A stretch of DNA of 64,000 nucleotides from Candidatus Kaiserbacteria bacterium (GTDB lineage: Bacteria; Patescibacteriota; Minisyncoccia; Phycocordibacterales; UBA2100), in the NCBI GenBank assembly GCA_016217925.1, contig JACRFK010000003.1, positions 271,656 to 335,655 of the forward strand, given 5' to 3'. The notes under the pieces are model-generated. The model saw only the letters and a program-made list of their open reading frames with translations. It was not told the origin of the DNA and made no database searches. Positions 60,012-64,000 of this stretch are shown here, piece after piece. The first letter of the stretch is position 1, and each line of letters opens with the position of its first letter. A program made the translations under genes and the position numbers.

Positions 60012-60929
60012 TTATTGACGTTGATTTGTCGCCCGGAGTTCATTCAAAAATACCTCCGCCTGCTTATCTGCCGGGATTTTGTCGGTCGGACCTTTTCCAG
60101 GCGGGTTGCCGTGCCAACGATAGTCACCCTCTATCTCTCGGATACCCTTGCCGGGAATCGTGTGTGCCAAGATGAGCGTCGGTTTCTCACGAATTGCTTT
60201 CGCTTCGTCGCATGCCGCGATGAATTGCGGGATGTTGTGGCCATCCACCTCGATGACATGCCAATTGAATGCCTCGTATTTATCGCGCAAGGGCTCCAGC
60301 GGCATGATGTTTTCCGTGTCGCCGTCTATTTGGATGTTGTTGCGGTCCATGATGCCGACGAGATTTGCGAGCCGGTACTTGCCCGCGAACAGTATCGCCT
60401 CCCACGTATTTCCCTCCTCGTGTTCGCCGTCGGACATGACGCAATACACACGAAAGTCTCCCGAACGTTTGCCGCCTGCCCCGTTAGAGGCCGAAGGCTC
60501 TCTAATGAGGTCCATGCGCGCGGCGTAGGCGTAGCCGGATGACTGTGAAAGCCCTGAGCCAAGCGGCCCCGATGTCGTCTCCATGCCGGGCAACATATCG
60601 CGCTCGGGGTGTCCCTGGAGCCGCGAGCCGAATTTGCGCAGCGTCAGGCATTCCTCTACAGGAAAATATCCCGCGTGCGCCATCGCCGCGTAGCGCACGG
60701 GGACGATGTGGCCGTTCGAAAGGATGAGGCGATCACGCTCCGCCCAATCGGGATTTTTCGGGTCATGCTTCAAGACGTTAAAATAGAGCGCGGTAAAAAT
60801 ATCCGCCATGCCCAAGGGCCCCGCGGTGTGCCCCGAACCCGCAGCGGTGAGCATTTCGACTATCGTCTGTCGTATCGCGTTGGCTTTTGTCGAAAGCTCT
60901 CGTACTTCTTCGTCCGTCAGCGGCACCAT
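60012..60929 (-). CDS. tkt: Transketolase, N-terminal half (TPP-binding) with degenerate family-B hairpin insertion
   Basis: GHTAGPLGMADI, GHIVPVRYA, GSLGQ-like GPLGSGLSQSSG. Inserted PSASNGAGGKRSGD at 60479-60510. Confidence 0.8.
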   Translation of the reverse strand: MVPLTDEEVRELSTKANAIRQTIVEMLTAAGSGHTAGPLGMADIFTALYFNVLKHDPKNPDWAERDRLILSNGHIVPVRYAAMAHAGYFPVEECLTLRKFGSRLQGHPERDMLPGMETTSGPLGSGLSQSSGYAYAARMDLIREPSASNGAGGKRSGDFRVYCVMSDGEHEEGNTWEAILFAGKYRLANLVGIMDRNNIQIDGDTENIMPLEPLRDKYEAFNWHVIEVDGHNIPQFIAACDEAKAIREKPTLILAHTIPGKGIREIEGDYRWHGNPPGKGPTDKIPADKQAEVFLNELRATNQRQ

Positions 60930-60933
60930 TGCC

Positions 60934-61671
60934 CTATTCTAGCGCACTTTCTGCGAGGGATTTGAGCTGTTCGTAGGCAACTTTCGGATTTTCCGCCTTG
61001 GTAATGGCGGAACCGACTCCGAACCTACGGGCTCCGGCACGCGTGAGTTCCGCGATATTTTTCATCGAGACTCCGCCGTCCACGCTGATGGTGAGCGTGG
61101 GATACTTTGAATGTAATTCTCCAATGCGTGCAATCGCCCGTATATCGTACGGGGCGCCCTGTTTGCCGAGTGTTGCGATAGACATCACCTGCACGACGTC
61201 GCACGCGGGTATCATGGGTTCGAGGACCGGGAGCGGCGTATCGAGAAGGATGGCAAGCCCGACCTCTCGTGCCCCCGCACTGCGCCACGCGCCGAGCGCT
61301 TCGAGTATTTCTTTTTCATCCGCAAAGGCCTCGACGTGTCCGATGATGCGCTGTATTCCGGCCTGCGCGAGCCGTAAACCCAGCTCGCCCGGTTCTTCCA
61401 CCATCATGTGCGTTTCGTAATTGATATCCCGGACAAACGGAGGTTGGAGCGAACCGTCGGCAAGGCTCTCCAGCTCGGCCCACTGCCCTTCACCGTACGG
61501 CCACGAGCGCTCCTGCGTGAAAAGTCCGTCGCTAATATCAAGCTGCACCCACTCTGAAAAATCTGCGAAAAATGCTGAACGCCGAGAAAGCTCCGCCAAA
61601 TCAGGCGGACAGGTGTTCGTGGGGACGATCTCTATCACCCCGTTAGAGGCAGGTCGCGGTCGTTTAGACAT
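60934..61671 (-). CDS. rpe: Ribulose-phosphate 3-epimerase; N-terminus overlaps a family-B inverted-repeat arm
   Basis: TISVDGGVSMKNI, GSAITKA and MSIATLGKQG blocks of the RPE barrel. Start uncertain. Confidence 0.7.
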   Translation of the reverse strand: MSKRPRPASNGVIEIVPTNTCPPDLAELSRRSAFFADFSEWVQLDISDGLFTQERSWPYGEGQWAELESLADGSLQPPFVRDINYETHMMVEEPGELGLRLAQAGIQRIIGHVEAFADEKEILEALGAWRSAGAREVGLAILLDTPLPVLEPMIPACDVVQVMSIATLGKQGAPYDIRAIARIGELHSKYPTLTISVDGGVSMKNIAELTRAGARRFGVGSAITKAENPKVAYEQLKSLAESALE

Positions 61672-61754
61672 ACCGGTTATGGGATGTAACTTCTAATGTC
61701 GCAAAATTCGCGATAAAGCGCAGCATGCTCACGCGACCGCGGCCTCTAACGGGG
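61637..61754. repeat. ~118-bp unit bounded by inverted repeats CCCCGTTAGAGGC / GCCTCTAACGGGG at the rpe 5' end
   Basis: Terminal arms are identical to the dnaE hairpin arms. The inner part carries a further imperfect inverted repeat (AGGTCGCGGTCG / CGCGACCGCGG). Confidence 0.5.
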
Positions 61755-61769
61755 ATCATGGAAAACCGC

Positions 61770-62195
61770 TTACGGCCCGACGACGTAATTACCCGCAGGC
61801 GCGGCGGCGTTGAGTCCTGTCGCTCCTGTATTGCACGATGATATGGGAAGGGGCGTCGTTTCGAGTGTGGCACCTACGCAGTAGAACGAAGTGCCATTGA
61901 CCGCAATTGAATACGATGCGTTCGTCCCCGGATCTTTTGGCTCGCTTGGGATCACTCCCGCCGTGACGAGGCCCGCAATCGTGGCAGAGTACGCCGGCAC
62001 CGTCTGCTGGCCATAGTAGAGTTCTTGCGCTACCTGGATCTGTTTGAGGTCTGCCATACGGCGTGCGTCACGCCCTTTCTTGCGGGCGCCGTTGAGAGAC
62101 GAGAGGACGACGGAAGAAAGGAGCCCGATAATCGCGATGACGACGAGAAGCTCGATCAAGGTAAAACCGTGGGATTTCTGTGCAGAGGGATGCAT
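61770..62195 (-). CDS. Type IV pilin / pseudopilin with N-terminal prepilin cleavage-methylation motif
   Basis: G-FTLIELLVVIAIIGLLSSVVL. Confidence 0.7.
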   Translation of the reverse strand: MHPSAQKSHGFTLIELLVVIAIIGLLSSVVLSSLNGARKKGRDARRMADLKQIQVAQELYYGQQTVPAYSATIAGLVTAGVIPSEPKDPGTNASYSIAVNGTSFYCVGATLETTPLPISSCNTGATGLNAAAPAGNYVVGP

Positions 62196-62214
62196 AAGTT
62201 CTTTACTATCTTTA

Positions 62215-62457
62215 CTAATTGGTGGCGGTCCCCCAGTTCGGCGTAGTCGGGACATCCGACGCCCCTGAGCCGCTGAAATATACAAAAACCGCGATCGCGA
62301 TGATAACGACGGTAACGCCGATGAGAACGTACTCGGCTTGCTGCCGCGAAGAGGCAATGCCCCACTTGATAAGCATGCCGCTCAAATCGAACCCTCCGGA
62401 AGCAACCGGTGGCCTGCCGAACTCATCTGTCTGGTCCTGAAACTGCATCTCGCTCAT
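62215..62457 (-). CDS. Small hypothetical membrane protein upstream of the pilin
   Basis: One TM helix (YVLIGVTVVIIAIAVFVYF). Confidence 0.3.
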   Translation of the reverse strand: MSEMQFQDQTDEFGRPPVASGGFDLSGMLIKWGIASSRQQAEYVLIGVTVVIIAIAVFVYFSGSGASDVPTTPNWGTATN

Positions 62458-62512
62458 GCGTCAATTGTATACGTTAGAATTACCTTGTACAACCTGGTTG
62501 GGGATACCTGAT

Positions 62513-62995
62513 TTAGGCTAATTCGTCGAGCATTCGGTGGCGTTTTGTATGGCGTTCTGCCCCGTCATGCAAAGCTGCGAGCCAGCGTTGCACGGCATCT
62601 TTCGCCTCGTCTTCCGTAAGAAAACGACCGGCAAGCGAAAGAACATTCGAATCGTTGTGCTCGCGCGTCGATGTAATCATATCGAGCTCTCTGCCGTCAG
62701 CATCTATCTGTTTACGGGCCGGTTCACCATAGTAGACAACGGCACGAACTTTCTTGATTCGGTTCGCGGCAAACGCTTCGCCCTGTCCGGATCCGCCGAT
62801 GACGATTCCCCGTCTATTTTGCGGATCTTCAGCGACCTTTCGCGCCGCCGCCATGACGAACACGGGATAGTCGTCTTTCATGTCGAGGGAGAACGCTCCG
62901 CAGTCTTCCACCTCATGCCCCAAAGACTGCACGAACGGCTTCAATTTCTCTTTCAATTGATACCCGCCGTGATCAGCACCAAAATATACTTTCAT
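62513..62995 (-). CDS. rpiB: Ribose-5-phosphate isomerase B
   Basis: MKVYFGADHGGYQLKE...GIVIGGSGQGEAFAANR. Confidence 0.85.
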   Translation of the reverse strand: MKVYFGADHGGYQLKEKLKPFVQSLGHEVEDCGAFSLDMKDDYPVFVMAAARKVAEDPQNRRGIVIGGSGQGEAFAANRIKKVRAVVYYGEPARKQIDADGRELDMITSTREHNDSNVLSLAGRFLTEDEAKDAVQRWLAALHDGAERHTKRHRMLDELA

Positions 62996-62997
62996 GG

Positions 62998-64000
62998 TCA
63001 GAGTTTCTTCGCGACTTCCGCGACGTGTTCGATGAGCGTGTGCACATATCCCATTTCGTTGTCATACCACGCCAAGACCTTGACGAGTGTGCCGTCCACG
63101 ACGCGTGTCATTGCGAGATCGGCAATCGCGCCATAGGGAAGTCCCAAAATATCCGACGAGACGAGCGGTTCATCGGAAACGGCAAAGACGCGCTTCCACC
63201 TGTCGCTCGCGGCACCCTTGCGGAGCGCGTCGTTCACTTCCTCCACGGTCGTCGGCCGCTTGGATACGAAAGTGACATCAACGAGCGAGCCGGAGGGAAC
63301 AGGCACGCGCACCGAAACACCGTCGAACTTGCCTTTGAGTTGCGGGTACACAAGCCCCGTCGCCTTGGCGGCGCCCGTCGAGGTCGGCACCATATTTTGT
63401 GCCGCGGCTCTCTGCTCGCGCAGGTCTTTTGCCTTGCCGCCGTCTACGAGACTCTGGCTCGCGGTATATGCATGAGTCGTGTTGAGTATCGCCCGTTCGA
63501 TACCGACGGCTTCGTCGAGAATCCCGACGAGCGGATTTGCGGCATTCGTGGTGCAGGAGGCATTGGAGGTAATGGGGCCGCAGGTGGCAAATTTGTCGTC
63601 ATTCGCGCCGATGAGAATGGTCTCGACGCCCTCGCCTTTGCCCGGCGCCGAGATGACGACCCGCTTCGCTCCCGCCTCCAGATGCACCTTCGCCTTCTCG
63701 CCGTCGGTGAAGAGCCCGCTGGATTCTATAACAATATCAATTTTCTGTTCTTTCCACGGCAACTTAACGGGCTCGCGTTCGGCAGAGAGCGTTATTTTCT
63801 TGCCATCTACGAGTAATCCGCCTCCGGCAACAGCGACCGAAAACGCCGCACGTCCGTAGACCGTGTCGTACTTTAATAGGTACGCAAGATTCTCCGCCGA
63901 TGCTAGGTCATTAATGGCGACCACTTCAAATTCTTTCCGCGTATGTGCCGCTCGTAAAAAACCTCTGCCAATTCTCCCAAACCCATTTATTGCTATTCGT
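62998..64000 (-). CDS. gap: Glyceraldehyde-3-phosphate dehydrogenase; 5' end beyond the window
   Basis: ASCTTN active-site motif. Frame stays open to the window edge, reading ...IAINGFGRIGRGFLRAAH upstream of the ORF-track Met. Confidence 0.85.
   Translation of the reverse strand, partial: RIAINGFGRIGRGFLRAAHTRKEFEVVAINDLASAENLAYLLKYDTVYGRAAFSVAVAGGGLLVDGKKITLSAEREPVKLPWKEQKIDIVIESSGLFTDGEKAKVHLEAGAKRVVISAPGKGEGVETILIGANDDKFATCGPITSNASCTTNAANPLVGILDEAVGIERAILNTTHAYTASQSLVDGGKAKDLREQRAAAQNMVPTSTGAAKATGLVYPQLKGKFDGVSVRVPVPSGSLVDVTFVSKRPTTVEEVNDALRKGAASDRWKRVFAVSDEPLVSSDILGLPYGAIADLAMTRVVDGTLVKVLAWYDNEMGYVHTLIEHVAEVAKKL

Overview
This is a high-GC (~60%) bacterial chromosomal segment. It is dominated by informational housekeeping genes, mostly on the minus strand: valS, rpoD, dnaG, rpoC, rpoB, trmD, rpsP, smc-like, rnc, nusB, rpmF, rnhB, dnaE, thrS, gyrB, pheST, tsf, rpsB, prfA, rpmE, rplY, split tkt, rpe, rpiB and gap. 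Gene content and architecture resemble a reduced genome of the Patescibacteria/CPR type, but this is inference from the features below, not a taxonomic assignment: split transketolase, short aminoacyl-tRNA synthetases (thrS without editing domain, short pheT/pheS/valS), ribosomal proteins with C-terminal extensions, a NusB-Nudix fusion, type IV pilin, sortase, and no rimM in the rpsP-KH-trmD cluster.

Several accessory features are superimposed on this backbone:
1. A ~33-nt palindromic mini-element with consensus TTTTCCTCCGGAGGAGGATCCGCCTCCGGCGGA is inserted in-frame, always in the same orientation, into at least six essential or housekeeping genes. It encodes a Gly/Ser-rich peptide close to S-A-G-G-G-S-S-S-G-G-K. 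Its core CCTCCGGAGG matches the REP hairpins flanking an IS200-like/REP-associated tyrosine transposase (RAYT) at 24.1-24.9 kb, i.e. a REPtron.
2. A second hairpin family (CCCCGTTAGAGGC..GCCTCTAACGGGG) lies in-frame in dnaE and tkt, and as ~120-bp inverted-repeat-flanked units at the 5' ends of smc and rpe.
3. A ~2.3-kb islet is inserted into the 3' end of rpoC. It is bounded by a 57-bp duplicate of the rpoC 3' end whose only differences are synonymous. It carries a PaaX-like gene flanked by 36-nt hairpin direct repeats.
4. A lower-GC island at 5.8-10.4 kb encodes HIT, GNAT and an unclassified reverse transcriptase with a long alpha-helical C-terminal extension. Its genes share the promoter-like motif TTTGGACAAA-N13-GGTAGCAT.
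5. A T-box-like leader precedes thrS. Its UGGA bulge matches the U73 discriminator of a tRNA-Thr(UGU) gene elsewhere in the window.

No CRISPR array and no rRNA were found. Many long antisense ORFs in the six-frame track are GC-driven artefacts inside rpoB, rpoC, dnaE, smc and gyrB.
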